Source: a virus
Taxonomy: Duplodnaviria > Heunggongvirae > Uroviricota > Caudoviricetes
DNA length: 33,032 nucleotides
IMG/VR virus record: IMGVR_UViG_3300032018_000003
Strand: one strand, 5' to 3'
Position 1 is the first letter of the stretch. Every line of letters starts with the position of its first letter. The notes below the pieces were generated by a model. That model worked only from the letters and a program-made list of their open reading frames with translations. It ran no database searches and was not told where the DNA came from. Below, piece after piece: positions 8,840-18,977 of this stretch. The position numbers and the translations under genes are program-made.

Positions 8840-9535
8840 ATGGCAGGATTAGCATTACCAGCAGTGCCCCAGATGGGCGGAATATTAACAAACGTTTATT
8901 TATGGATAGGTGCAACGTTATTCTTTTTATTATTGTTCGGAATATTATTAATATTTGTAATAATGATGGCAAAGAAAACACACGCGATAATAGAGTTTAA
9001 AGCGTGGATGACAGGTAAGCCAATAGCTTTGTTTTTTTCAGAGAACAGAAATGTTGTATGGCGACCAGTTAAAGCAGAAGCCGGGATAATCGACGATGAA
9101 GAGTTTGGGGCATTTATTATTAATGAACGTGCTACATATGTTGATAGAACTACCCGTAATGTTATAATTCCGTTTGATACGAGTGTCGCGCCTAGTATTA
9201 ATGTTCACGCAGCTAAATTAATGGATGATTTACAATATATTGTTAAAGATGAGGAAGAAATGAAAAAGTTCAGATATGCTATCGCACATAACATGATGGA
9301 CGAGAATGCTAGTATTGATAGTGTTAGAACAAGTATACATTTTGGTGCAGTTAAAAGTATGATGACTTCTATGATTCCTCATAGTATAAGTGCAAAAATA
9401 GAGATGGTAATTGCACAACGTCTTAAAGGTGTAGGAAAAATAAATATCATGCAAGCCCTTTTTGTATTTGCCGCCTTCCTTGGGGCTATTATAATAGGAG
9501 CATTAATAGTAAAAATGATGGGGAAAAATAAATAG
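8840..9535 (+). CDS. Membrane protein with N- and C-terminal TM helices
   Basis: SD GAGGT; hydrophobic segments at both ends around a soluble domain. Confidence 0.7.
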   Translation: MAGLALPAVPQMGGILTNVYLWIGATLFFLLLFGILLIFVIMMAKKTHAIIEFKAWMTGKPIALFFSENRNVVWRPVKAEAGIIDDEEFGAFIINERATYVDRTTRNVIIPFDTSVAPSINVHAAKLMDDLQYIVKDEEEMKKFRYAIAHNMMDENASIDSVRTSIHFGAVKSMMTSMIPHSISAKIEMVIAQRLKGVGKINIMQALFVFAAFLGAIIIGALIVKMMGKNK

Positions 9536-9546
9536 GAGTGATATAG

Positions 9547-9996
9547 ATGACGAATGAATTATTAACATACAATTATTTAATGGATTTAAAGAAAAAAGAA
9601 ATTGACCCGGTAGCACGGGCAACTATAATAACAGATTATCTTAAAGCAACAAACAAATCGCAACGCCAATTAGCAAAAGACATCGGTATGCCGTATAGTA
9701 CAATACGAGATTGGTGTTTGTTTAGTAAAGTAACAAAAGAAGAATACGACAATATTAAAAGTACCGGATTAACGGACACAGATATATATAGAGAATTAAG
9801 AAATAATAGTTGTAAAAGTAAAAAAGATTTGTTTAAATTTAATAAAATTCAATTAGAATTAAATGAGGCTATTAAAAATTTAGATGGATGTAAACGAGAA
9901 GTTGATAATACCGCAACCACTAAAGAACTTATTGTTAAATTACAAAATATATTGAATATAATGTTAATGTACAATGAAAAGAAAGCTAAGGTATAA
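9547..9996 (+). CDS. Helix-turn-helix protein (ParB/KorB-like HTH, no catalytic domain)
   Basis: IDPVARATIITDYL...KSQRQLAKDIGMPYSTIRDW, followed by a coiled coil. Confidence 0.65.
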   Translation: MTNELLTYNYLMDLKKKEIDPVARATIITDYLKATNKSQRQLAKDIGMPYSTIRDWCLFSKVTKEEYDNIKSTGLTDTDIYRELRNNSCKSKKDLFKFNKIQLELNEAIKNLDGCKREVDNTATTKELIVKLQNILNIMLMYNEKKAKV

Positions 9997-9999
9997 ATA

Positions 10000-10680
10000 A
10001 TGGCACTACCAGGAGCACCGTCTGCCGGATATAAATTTAACAACGCACAAGAGATTAAGTCGCATTCTTCAGTATTATACAACGAAAGAATGGCAATATT
10101 ATTATATCTGCTTGATATGAAAAGTATGCAGATGAATAAATCGTATTCATTAGAAGATATTCAAGACGTTAGATCAACACTATACCAAATATATAAAAAC
10201 ATAAGAATGTTGATTAGGTTCAATCCTGTAATGAGAGTTACAATGAACCTAGAAACTAAAGATAATGGAATTTATGTTACAGATTTAATGTTTAATACTG
10301 TAGACAAAATGATAGAATATTGCGAACAGTTCGGGTATACATTAAAAAGATTATATATTATTACACAAGAAATTAATAGAACTGAACTTGTCATCAAAGA
10401 TATGTTGCAATATTATCATTATTTCATAAGACCTGACTTTAAACAAAAACCTGACATTGAGGTAGCAACAGAAAAATATAAAGAAATGGCAGATAAGAAA
10501 ACTGTTGAAGAACTACGTTCATTGGTAGGAATGAAACACCACGTAGATTTTGATGGGTTTGGTAGTCAACGAATAGAAATGAAAGAAGTTGATGTAGCAG
10601 ATTTGGAAATAGAAGAAAAATCAGATTACTTAGATGAAGAAAGTGAGGAATTTGAAAATGAAACAAATGAAAAACTTTAA
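10000..10680 (+). CDS. Hypothetical helical protein with acidic tail
   Basis: 226 aa, closely spaced in the operon; C-terminus rich in E/D. Confidence 0.7.
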   Translation: MALPGAPSAGYKFNNAQEIKSHSSVLYNERMAILLYLLDMKSMQMNKSYSLEDIQDVRSTLYQIYKNIRMLIRFNPVMRVTMNLETKDNGIYVTDLMFNTVDKMIEYCEQFGYTLKRLYIITQEINRTELVIKDMLQYYHYFIRPDFKQKPDIEVATEKYKEMADKKTVEELRSLVGMKHHVDFDGFGSQRIEMKEVDVADLEIEEKSDYLDEESEEFENETNEKL

Positions 10681-10912
10681 GGTTACAGGTAACGAATATC
10701 TAGATATATATGTGTTTTTGAAAGAACATACTGGAGAACAGTTTACGAAAAAAGAATTGATTAAAATGTCTAAATATTGCGAAACCCCAGTAGATACAGC
10801 ATTAAAAAATTTAGCTGTACGAAGACTTATAATTAAAGATAGAGACAACGCAGGGTCAAGAGTTACTTGGTTATACCACCATAGTAAAATTTGCGATAAT
10901 ATGGAAGATTAA
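10658..10912 (+). CDS. Winged-HTH DNA-binding protein
   Basis: ATG at 10658 after GAGG; DIYVFLKEH-FTKKELIKM-VDTALKNLAVRRLI-TWLY pattern. Confidence 0.55.
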   Translation: MKQMKNFKVTGNEYLDIYVFLKEHTGEQFTKKELIKMSKYCETPVDTALKNLAVRRLIIKDRDNAGSRVTWLYHHSKICDNMED

Positions 10913-11826
10913 TGAAATCACACATTACAGACCCAGCTATGTTTGGGTTGTGGTTAGATAGTCATAAACAATTATCAGAAAGTACTAGAACCATGTATAT
11001 TAGTTCTCTTATATCTTTTCTTAAAAAAAATCCAGAAATAGATAAACTTGATACATATAACGAGTTTATTATAAAAACATGTATAAAGAAACGTAGTACA
11101 CATTTTTATACAGTTCTACACGATTATATAACTTTTAAGATAGAAGACGCTTCGTTAAGAAGAGTATTATTAGATGGGTTAATACGACCAGACATAAAAA
11201 TGGATATTTTTAGAGAACGAAAATATATATCAGAAGAGAAAATAATAGACGTTATAAATAATCTAGCCGATATTAAACATCGAACTATTGCACTTATTCA
11301 ATCAATGACCGGTGTTCGAGCTGGAGATATAATGAGACTTAAAAAAGGTCTTATTATGCCAGAAGAGTATGAAGGTAAACCTGTATTAAAACTCAGTTTA
11401 ACTGGGAAAAGAAAGAAACGTAATGTTGTTTTTATACACGACGAAGTCGCACAATCTCTTATTATGTATTATATTACTGAAGTTCTGCCTAGCCGAAGTA
11501 CGTTTGACGAATACTATTTTATAGATTTCGGTAGTAGAAATAAACGTCGTGGGGATATAACAAACCATTTTAAGATGTATAAAATGAATTATAATTGGTA
11601 TTGGGGCGATCTTAAACAAGCGCTTGAAAATAGTGGTGTAGACAAAGATATGTTTGCGACACACGATTTCCGTAGATGTTTTGCGCGTAGGGCATGGGAA
11701 CGATATAAAGACATACACGTATTACAAAGTTTACTTAGTCACCAGGATCCTAAAACTACACTTAGATATTTAACCCAAAGTGGGTTAAGAAATATTGATT
11801 ATCATAAGGATATGCAAACGCAATAA
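10912..11826 (+). CDS. Tyrosine recombinase / integrase
   Basis: Catalytic set GVRAGD (R), GKRKK (K), HDFRR (HxxR), LLSH, TLRY (Y). Confidence 0.9.
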   Translation: MKSHITDPAMFGLWLDSHKQLSESTRTMYISSLISFLKKNPEIDKLDTYNEFIIKTCIKKRSTHFYTVLHDYITFKIEDASLRRVLLDGLIRPDIKMDIFRERKYISEEKIIDVINNLADIKHRTIALIQSMTGVRAGDIMRLKKGLIMPEEYEGKPVLKLSLTGKRKKRNVVFIHDEVAQSLIMYYITEVLPSRSTFDEYYFIDFGSRNKRRGDITNHFKMYKMNYNWYWGDLKQALENSGVDKDMFATHDFRRCFARRAWERYKDIHVLQSLLSHQDPKTTLRYLTQSGLRNIDYHKDMQTQ

Positions 11827-11849
11827 CAAAGAATAGTTATATATATAAA
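11826..11849 (+). promoter_or_regulatory. Probable TATA promoter of the surface-protein operon
   Basis: ACAAAGAATAGTTATATATATAAA, about 33 nt upstream of 11881. Confidence 0.5.
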
Positions 11850-11880
11850 GGAGTACCCACATAATAAACATTGATATAAT

Positions 11881-12192
11881 ATGATAATTGAACTCTTTAT
11901 ATTCTTCGAGATTGTCACTGTCGGGTTGTTTGTACTTTCTTTCTATGAAAGAAAAGAACTTCTGTGGGCACTAACCTTAGTATTATCTGCAATAATGGCA
12001 ATTAATAGTTTTTTTGTAGAGAAAACATATTATATATTTAATGGTAGTACTGCATATGTACCAACAGTAATATCTAACTCTTACCCTTATATAGCAACAA
12101 TAAACATTTTATTTTTCTCATTGTCTATGTTGTTTATGTTATATGGTATTTTCGCAAATAGATTAGAAAAAAAGCAAGAAGAAGGATTCTAA
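11881..12192 (+). CDS. Small three-TM membrane protein, paralog of 7687..8019
   Basis: Shared N-terminal motif and INxLF motif. Confidence 0.7.
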   Translation: MIIELFIFFEIVTVGLFVLSFYERKELLWALTLVLSAIMAINSFFVEKTYYIFNGSTAYVPTVISNSYPYIATINILFFSLSMLFMLYGIFANRLEKKQEEGF

Positions 12193-14310
12193 GTGGTGTT
12201 AAATGTGCATAAAAAAACACATATATTGGTTGGTTTTATAATGGGTATGCTATGTTTAGGTTTGATAGGTTGTGAAACCGGAATGCCTCCGGGGAATATT
12301 AATATAAACAATACTTTTAATAATGCCACGATTGTATATAATACAACAAACATTAATATAACAAATGTGTATAACATAACAAACATATCAAACTATTATA
12401 ATATAACAGGTACAACGGTCGGCGGAAACAATTCACAAATTCAGTTTAATGATAATGGTAATTTAAGTGGTGATATTGGGTTTACATATAATAAAACATC
12501 TAAAACTGGATATATTAATGGTTCTATAATATGTACATTAAATGGTAGTGTTTGTAATTTAACTGGTCCGCAAGGGCCAAAAGGAGAAAAAGGAGACCCC
12601 GGTACTCCAGGATTACCAGGAAGTAATGGTATAGACGGTATTAACGGAACAAATGGTATTAACGGAACAAATGGTATTAACGGAACAAATGGTATTAACG
12701 GAACAAATGGTATTAACGGAACAAACGGAGCAAGTTATAACCAATCTCTTAATACTACGGATAATGTTCAATTTAATAATGTAACCGCTAATAATTTTAT
12801 TGGACATATAAATGCTTCTTATGTAGACAATGCCCCGTGGGGAACAGGAAGTTCTAACGTCAATATGTCTAACATTTATAATAAAACAGAAATTGATGAA
12901 CAACAACAATCACAAAACGATACAATTATTGCAAACAATAATTCTGCTGCGCAAAAACTAACTTCTGTTGATTGTGGTTCAGAATATTTGTACAATGTCA
13001 CATTTAATGGTAGTTATAAATGTCGTCCCGCTGGAACTGGTAGTGGTGCAAGTTATAACCAATCTCTTAATACTTCTGATAATGTGATGTTTAATAACGT
13101 CACCGCAGCAAATTTTATAGGGCACATTAACGCGTCATATGTAGACAACGCACCTTGGGGTACCGGTTCAGGAAATGGTTCCAGCGATGGTAACTATTCG
13201 CAATATACAAACATATCAAACTTACCAGTTAATACTACAACACTAAAAACAACTGATGGTTTTTTAGATATAGTATTATCATTTTTTACAGATTTGTTTT
13301 ATACCAAACCTGAAGTGTATAATACGTCGCAAATAGACAATAAACTACCTACTTGTCCTCCGGGACAATATCCAAACGGTGGCGTGTGTTCCACTCCCGC
13401 AGGTGCGGGTGGAGTTGTTAATAATTTAGCCGCAACAACTCTTATAACAACAACTACAACAACACAAAATATTGATAGTAGATTGTTTTCCAATATGGCA
13501 GCAACAATGTTTTTTAGTTACAATAGTTATTATAACCAATGCTTATTAGACAACACAACTTTAATTCGTGATATTAATAATATCACAAGCGTAAATCAAA
13601 CGTGGCTTAATAATACAATACAGAATTATCCTTTTAATAATGTTTCATACTTTAAATTTTTAAATAATATTAATATGACAGATAATAATATAACAAGAGT
13701 ATCTAACATTAATCCAATGGGTAGTCCTTTAACTATTGGTGGTAATGTTACTATTAATAATAATGTTTACGTAGGTAATATAACATATCTCGACACTTAT
13801 TGGGATGATGTAGCAACTCCAGGAACTAGTTTTGCAAATGGAATAAATGCACCAACAATGACAGATTGGAACGATACTATAATTCGTATTCCTTGTTTTG
13901 CAGGTTCAGTACAAAACGATTTTGTTTATGGTTCTTTTGAATTACCTCATAGTTGGAAAGAAGGTAGTGAAGCAGAAATGCACGTTCATAGTGCTAAATC
14001 AACAACTGCAGTAGGCAACTATACTTTTAATCTTCGATATTTAATAATGAATGTAAGTGGTGGATACTCTAAATATGGAGAAACAAACATTACTGTAATA
14101 ACAGGAGATAAATGGGTAGATGTGCTTAGTGATTTAACTGTAACTAATATTGATATGTCTGGTTTTGCAACAGGAACACAAGTTTCATTTAGATTTGAAA
14201 GAGAACAAAATGACCCACTTGATAATTATGGTGATTGTGTTGGTGTAAAACAAATATCAATGCATTTTCAATCTGATAGTCCAGGAAGTAGAACAGAATA
14301 CGTAAAATAA
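12193..14310 (+). CDS. Secreted/lipid-anchored surface glycoprotein with collagen-like segment (fibre/spike candidate)
   Basis: Signal peptide ending LGLIGC (lipobox-like), seven NxS/T sequons in about 40 aa near the N-terminus, GPQGPKGEKGDPG collagen segment, GINGTN repeats, and a 41-aa internal duplication. Confidence 0.7.
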   Translation: MVLNVHKKTHILVGFIMGMLCLGLIGCETGMPPGNININNTFNNATIVYNTTNINITNVYNITNISNYYNITGTTVGGNNSQIQFNDNGNLSGDIGFTYNKTSKTGYINGSIICTLNGSVCNLTGPQGPKGEKGDPGTPGLPGSNGIDGINGTNGINGTNGINGTNGINGTNGINGTNGASYNQSLNTTDNVQFNNVTANNFIGHINASYVDNAPWGTGSSNVNMSNIYNKTEIDEQQQSQNDTIIANNNSAAQKLTSVDCGSEYLYNVTFNGSYKCRPAGTGSGASYNQSLNTSDNVMFNNVTAANFIGHINASYVDNAPWGTGSGNGSSDGNYSQYTNISNLPVNTTTLKTTDGFLDIVLSFFTDLFYTKPEVYNTSQIDNKLPTCPPGQYPNGGVCSTPAGAGGVVNNLAATTLITTTTTTQNIDSRLFSNMAATMFFSYNSYYNQCLLDNTTLIRDINNITSVNQTWLNNTIQNYPFNNVSYFKFLNNINMTDNNITRVSNINPMGSPLTIGGNVTINNNVYVGNITYLDTYWDDVATPGTSFANGINAPTMTDWNDTIIRIPCFAGSVQNDFVYGSFELPHSWKEGSEAEMHVHSAKSTTAVGNYTFNLRYLIMNVSGGYSKYGETNITVITGDKWVDVLSDLTVTNIDMSGFATGTQVSFRFEREQNDPLDNYGDCVGVKQISMHFQSDSPGSRTEYVK
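12637..12726 (+). repeat. 18-bp coding tandem repeat x5 (GGTATTAACGGAACAAAT = GINGTN)
   Basis: Four perfect copies plus a fifth with a terminal T>C change. Confidence 0.95.
12727..13167 (+). repeat. 123-bp in-frame direct duplication (12727..12849 and 13045..13167)
   Basis: 38 of 41 amino acids identical (GASYNQSLNT...YVDNAPWGTG). Confidence 0.9.
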
Positions 14311-14318
14311 GGTGAATT

Positions 14319-17300
14319 ATGAAAAAAATAATACTATTTTTAATATTCATTTGTTGTATGAGTTATATATTTGCAGATACTACTATTTCTGTATGTACTT
14401 ATAACGTAACTACTTCTGGTAAATATAATTTAACTGCAACTTTGACTTGTCCTGTAAATGCTATTAATGTAAAAGTATCAGATGTAGAAATTAATTGTCT
14501 TGGTAATACTATAAATTTTGGTTCAGGTGGTGCAGCAAATACAAATGGTATTTATGCAATTAATACAACAGTTACAGCAAAATCTAATTTAACAATTAAA
14601 AATTGTATAATATCAAGAAACTCAACAGTGTTAGCAAACAATTACGGAATTTTCTTAGCAAACTTTTCATCTTCATATATTTTCAATAATACAATTAGTA
14701 CAAATGGTACAACAGATAATTATGGTATTTATATCATTCAATCAGATTATACTAGAATTGATGGAAATATATTAAGAGCAAAAGGTTCAACAACAAATAA
14801 TTATGGTATCTTTGTTGCTAGAGGGAATGATTACGTTAATATAACATCTAATACTATAACATCAGCAGGTACAACAGGTTCAACAGATATATTTTTCGCA
14901 GTAGGTACAGAACCGACTTCTAACATATTAGTAAAAGGAAACAATTTACAAGCAAAACTAGGAACAACGGCAGGGTATAATATTTATATTAATGCAAACG
15001 TAACTTCTTTAATTGTAAGAGATAATAATATGTCAGTACTAGCAACAGGTGCAGGAACTGCAGTATCCGTTTATTCTTTAGGAGTAGCTGGTTCTAATAC
15101 TGATAATAATGTTTTCATTAATAATACTCATGATGTAAGAAGTACTGGAGCAGGTACTAATTATATTTATCAATTTGGTGGTAATAATAATTTTAATAAT
15201 ATTACCGATAATACTGGATTTGTAAACGGCACAGCCTCAGTATCAGCAGTTTATGGAATAGGAACAGCAGTACTTCCAATTTATAATATTAATATTTTAA
15301 GAAATAAATTTGATGTTAATTCAACAGTAGCTTCTAATCACGTTATTTATTTAACAGCGAATTTAAATAATACAAACATATCTTATAATAATCTATCTAG
15401 TACAGGTGGTACTACTCCAAATTATGGTGTTTATATTCTTGGTACTACTGCATTAATCGCACAAAACAATGATGTTTCTTATAACAGAATAAACATAACT
15501 GCATCTGGTGCAGATGCAACAGGTATTTTAATTTCTACTAATGCAGATAATAATAACGTAGTTGGGAATACTATTAATGTAGCAGGTACAACTACTTGTG
15601 ACGGAATAAGATTTCTAGGAACTACATTAGTATCAACTGCTAATAATTTTGTAAGTAGCAATACTGTTTATGGACGAGGAACTGGTGGAAGAGGAATACA
15701 TTCCACAATTAATACAGACGGAAATACAATAACTAATAATAATCTTTTCATAGGAAATGCAACATCTTTAACATTAAATCTTGGTGTTTATGTGTTTGGT
15801 TCTACAATGCACTCTAATAATAATATAATTACAGGAAATAATATTAGAACTCTTGGAACGGGAATTACTAATAATGGTATATTTGTATCAACAAATGCCA
15901 GTAATAATTTAATTCAAAATAATATAGTTAATATGACAGCAGGTGGTGCAGGTACTTCTTATGTAATACAAATACTAGGTACTGCAGGATTTCCAGCAGA
16001 TGGAACAATAATAAATAGAAATAATATTACTTGGAATTGTCCTTTACTTTGTATGGGGATATATGCAACTTCTAACGTACATTATATTAATATTACAAAC
16101 AACAAAGTTAGAAATGATAAATTTACAGCAAATGGTGGAAGTACAGGACAAGGAATTTCTGTTGTAGGTTCTACACTAGCAACACTTAATGTTACTGATG
16201 TAAGAATAATAGGAAACGATGTTTTTATTGATGCAAATTCAACAGCAACAACTGTGTATGGTGTTCAAGTATCTACTTCAATAGATAGAGTATTTATTAA
16301 TAATAATGTGATTGTAGTTAATGGTTCATCAGCAGGATATGGTATAATTCATATATCAGCAGTAGCATCACCAGGAAATGATTTTACTATTACATTTAAT
16401 AATATAACTACTTATGGAACAGCAGGTTCTAATAATGCTATTTTGTTTTCAACTACTTTAAGTAGATTTACTATAAATGATAACATTATTAACGCAGGTA
16501 TAGGTGGAACTACTTTAAATAGAGGTATAATGGGGACAGGTCTTGCTAACACAACAATAGGTCCGGGATATATTCAAAGAAACAAAATTTATACTTATGG
16601 TTCTGGAATTACTAATGATGCAGTTTATTTAGCTACATCATATAGTAATGTAAATATAACAGATAATTTATTGATTGCACAAGGTTCATCTACCAATGGA
16701 ATTGTAGTTACTGGTGTTGCACTTGGTAATATGGAAAATTATACAATCATTAATAATATAATTAATGTTACAAATAATACGGCACTTGGAACAAATGTAG
16801 GAATAAATTTAATTTCAGCTATATATAATCATTATGTGTATAATAACACTATAAGAGTTTATGGTACTACTTCAAATAAAGGAATTATAATTATAGGTGT
16901 TGCAGCACTTCCAGTTAATAATAATATCATTGATAGTAATAATGTTGGTGTTTATACTCCATTAGCAGGTGGAGCAACAACTTACGGAATAGAATTATCT
17001 GCGATGTGTGATAATAATAGAGTTACTAATAATATAATAGACGCAACAGGTACAGCAACTTTATCTGGAATACATTTACTTAGTGCAGTTACAACACCTT
17101 GTAATTATAATGTTATTGATAGAAATAATATTACTATGGTTGGTGGAACAACTGGTAACTATGGAATATACGAATCTAACACTTGGCATTATTCTAATAT
17201 AACAAACAATAGACTTAATTTAAACGCAGGTACTACTGGTCCAATAGGAATAGTTATGCTAGGAATTGAAGGTGACCCGTCAATAGATAATAATATTGTA

Positions 17301-18971
17301 GAAAATAATAATATTCAAGTTTATAGCGGAACAACTACAACTTATGGAATATCAATGTCTACAAACATTCAAAATAATATAGTAAGATATAACAATTTTA
17401 ATATTAGTGCAGACACAGAAGCAACAGGATTTTATTTTATTGGTGTTGCTGATGGGGACACTAATAACAACTTAATAACTTTTAATAATTTTACTTCTAC
17501 AGTAACAGGTTCTGCTGGAATGGGTGGAATTATGGGATATACAATGGATAACAATACAGTATCTAATAATAGATTTATTATAAATGATAAAACTATTGGC
17601 TGGGGAATAGAAATAATATCTTCATCAGCAAATGATATGGGTACTAATTATATTAACGATAATTATATTTGGGTAAATTCAAGTGGAAATGGTAATACTG
17701 TTAGAGGTATTTATGGAATTGCCAATGTTAATAATTTTGAGATTTATAATAATAACATAATAGTTTATACAAACAAAACATCAGAAGGTATTTATTTTAT
17801 TGGTTCTACTAATCCAGTTACAGATAATAAAATTTATAATAATTCAATAGTAATAGAAGGACCACAAACAGGTGCTGCAGCAGTTACTGGATTAGTTGGA
17901 ATAAGATTAAACATTGGGGTTAATGGTAATAATATATCAAATAATTACATTTCAACAAAAGGTAGAGCAGCAGGATATGGTGTTAATATTATAACTTCTG
18001 GTGACAATATAGTTTATAATAACAAAATTGTAACTATGGATACAACAAATACTAGTGCAGCAATTTATATTGTAGGTAATTCTAAAAGAAGTATAATAGA
18101 AAATAATCTTATTGATGACGCGGATGGAAGTGCTTTTAGATTAGATTACGTAGGTTTCCCACCAGACGATACTATAATTAAAGGTAACACAATAAACAAT
18201 GTTAGTATGTTTGATTTGTATGTAGTAAATACTGCAATTAAAAGTATAGATAATCTACAAATCATAAATCAACATTTAAACGATTATAATTTCACGTTAA
18301 GTGGTACAAGTAACTTAATTATAGAAAATACAAGTACAGGTAAAATACAATTCTCACAAAATATAATTGGTTATGGTGTAAATTTATCAAACAGAATAAG
18401 ACTAGGACCTAATAATCTTAGCATAGATACTTCTGATGGCGTAATAATTTGGAATAAATCCGCAACACTAACTTTTTATAATGTGCCTAGTTTATCATCT
18501 CCTGCAGCATATAGAGATGGAGAACTGTGTACTGGAGGTATCTGTGGAACATTAACTTATTTAGGTAATAATGTATATACATATACAGTTACAGGCTGGA
18601 GTAGTTATTCAGTATCACAAGATTTTGGTATCTTTAAAACACCTTGTACTATTTGTCATACACTTCAATGTTTAGCTACTTTTAATACAAACAGTAATAC
18701 TACTTGTATAGAATTTGATTACATATTAACTAACTTAGAAACAACATTTAAGATGGGTGGAAACGCAGGACTAGTTATGAACACTACAGCTTGTGACCCA
18801 GGAACTAGTATAGCAGTATCATCAGGTGGTAATTTATGTGATTGGATGAGAGGAGTTATTGATTCAAGACATGCAACATTATCCAATACTAGTTTAAATA
18901 GAACATCAACTTATATGGGTGGAATTGCTAATAATACAATCAACTCAACAACAATAATAGTGACGGGGTAA
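14319..18971 (+). CDS. Large secreted right-handed parallel beta-helix (pectin-lyase-like) protein, probable adhesin/receptor-binding protein
   Basis: Signal peptide MKKIILFLIFICC; many repeats of the type GIxx...xNxIxxNxI; very rich in N, T and G. Confidence 0.75.
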   Translation: MKKIILFLIFICCMSYIFADTTISVCTYNVTTSGKYNLTATLTCPVNAINVKVSDVEINCLGNTINFGSGGAANTNGIYAINTTVTAKSNLTIKNCIISRNSTVLANNYGIFLANFSSSYIFNNTISTNGTTDNYGIYIIQSDYTRIDGNILRAKGSTTNNYGIFVARGNDYVNITSNTITSAGTTGSTDIFFAVGTEPTSNILVKGNNLQAKLGTTAGYNIYINANVTSLIVRDNNMSVLATGAGTAVSVYSLGVAGSNTDNNVFINNTHDVRSTGAGTNYIYQFGGNNNFNNITDNTGFVNGTASVSAVYGIGTAVLPIYNINILRNKFDVNSTVASNHVIYLTANLNNTNISYNNLSSTGGTTPNYGVYILGTTALIAQNNDVSYNRINITASGADATGILISTNADNNNVVGNTINVAGTTTCDGIRFLGTTLVSTANNFVSSNTVYGRGTGGRGIHSTINTDGNTITNNNLFIGNATSLTLNLGVYVFGSTMHSNNNIITGNNIRTLGTGITNNGIFVSTNASNNLIQNNIVNMTAGGAGTSYVIQILGTAGFPADGTIINRNNITWNCPLLCMGIYATSNVHYINITNNKVRNDKFTANGGSTGQGISVVGSTLATLNVTDVRIIGNDVFIDANSTATTVYGVQVSTSIDRVFINNNVIVVNGSSAGYGIIHISAVASPGNDFTITFNNITTYGTAGSNNAILFSTTLSRFTINDNIINAGIGGTTLNRGIMGTGLANTTIGPGYIQRNKIYTYGSGITNDAVYLATSYSNVNITDNLLIAQGSSTNGIVVTGVALGNMENYTIINNIINVTNNTALGTNVGINLISAIYNHYVYNNTIRVYGTTSNKGIIIIGVAALPVNNNIIDSNNVGVYTPLAGGATTYGIELSAMCDNNRVTNNIIDATGTATLSGIHLLSAVTTPCNYNVIDRNNITMVGGTTGNYGIYESNTWHYSNITNNRLNLNAGTTGPIGIVMLGIEGDPSIDNNIVENNNIQVYSGTTTTYGISMSTNIQNNIVRYNNFNISADTEATGFYFIGVADGDTNNNLITFNNFTSTVTGSAGMGGIMGYTMDNNTVSNNRFIINDKTIGWGIEIISSSANDMGTNYINDNYIWVNSSGNGNTVRGIYGIANVNNFEIYNNNIIVYTNKTSEGIYFIGSTNPVTDNKIYNNSIVIEGPQTGAAAVTGLVGIRLNIGVNGNNISNNYISTKGRAAGYGVNIITSGDNIVYNNKIVTMDTTNTSAAIYIVGNSKRSIIENNLIDDADGSAFRLDYVGFPPDDTIIKGNTINNVSMFDLYVVNTAIKSIDNLQIINQHLNDYNFTLSGTSNLIIENTSTGKIQFSQNIIGYGVNLSNRIRLGPNNLSIDTSDGVIIWNKSATLTFYNVPSLSSPAAYRDGELCTGGICGTLTYLGNNVYTYTVTGWSSYSVSQDFGIFKTPCTICHTLQCLATFNTNSNTTCIEFDYILTNLETTFKMGGNAGLVMNTTACDPGTSIAVSSGGNLCDWMRGVIDSRHATLSNTSLNRTSTYMGGIANNTINSTTIIVTG

Positions 18972-18977
18972 ATATAT

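Noticed and set aside
11826-11880. attP site next to the recombinase
   Set aside because: No tRNA-derived or repeated core sequence is visible; the region is explained by a promoter.
12637-12726. 18-bp repeats as a CRISPR array
   Set aside because: Directly tandem with no spacers, and in frame within a CDS.
12727-13167. Duplicated 123-bp segment as a DGR template/variable repeat pair
   Set aside because: Differences are mostly synonymous third positions rather than adenine-specific, both copies lie mid-gene, and no reverse transcriptase is present in the window.
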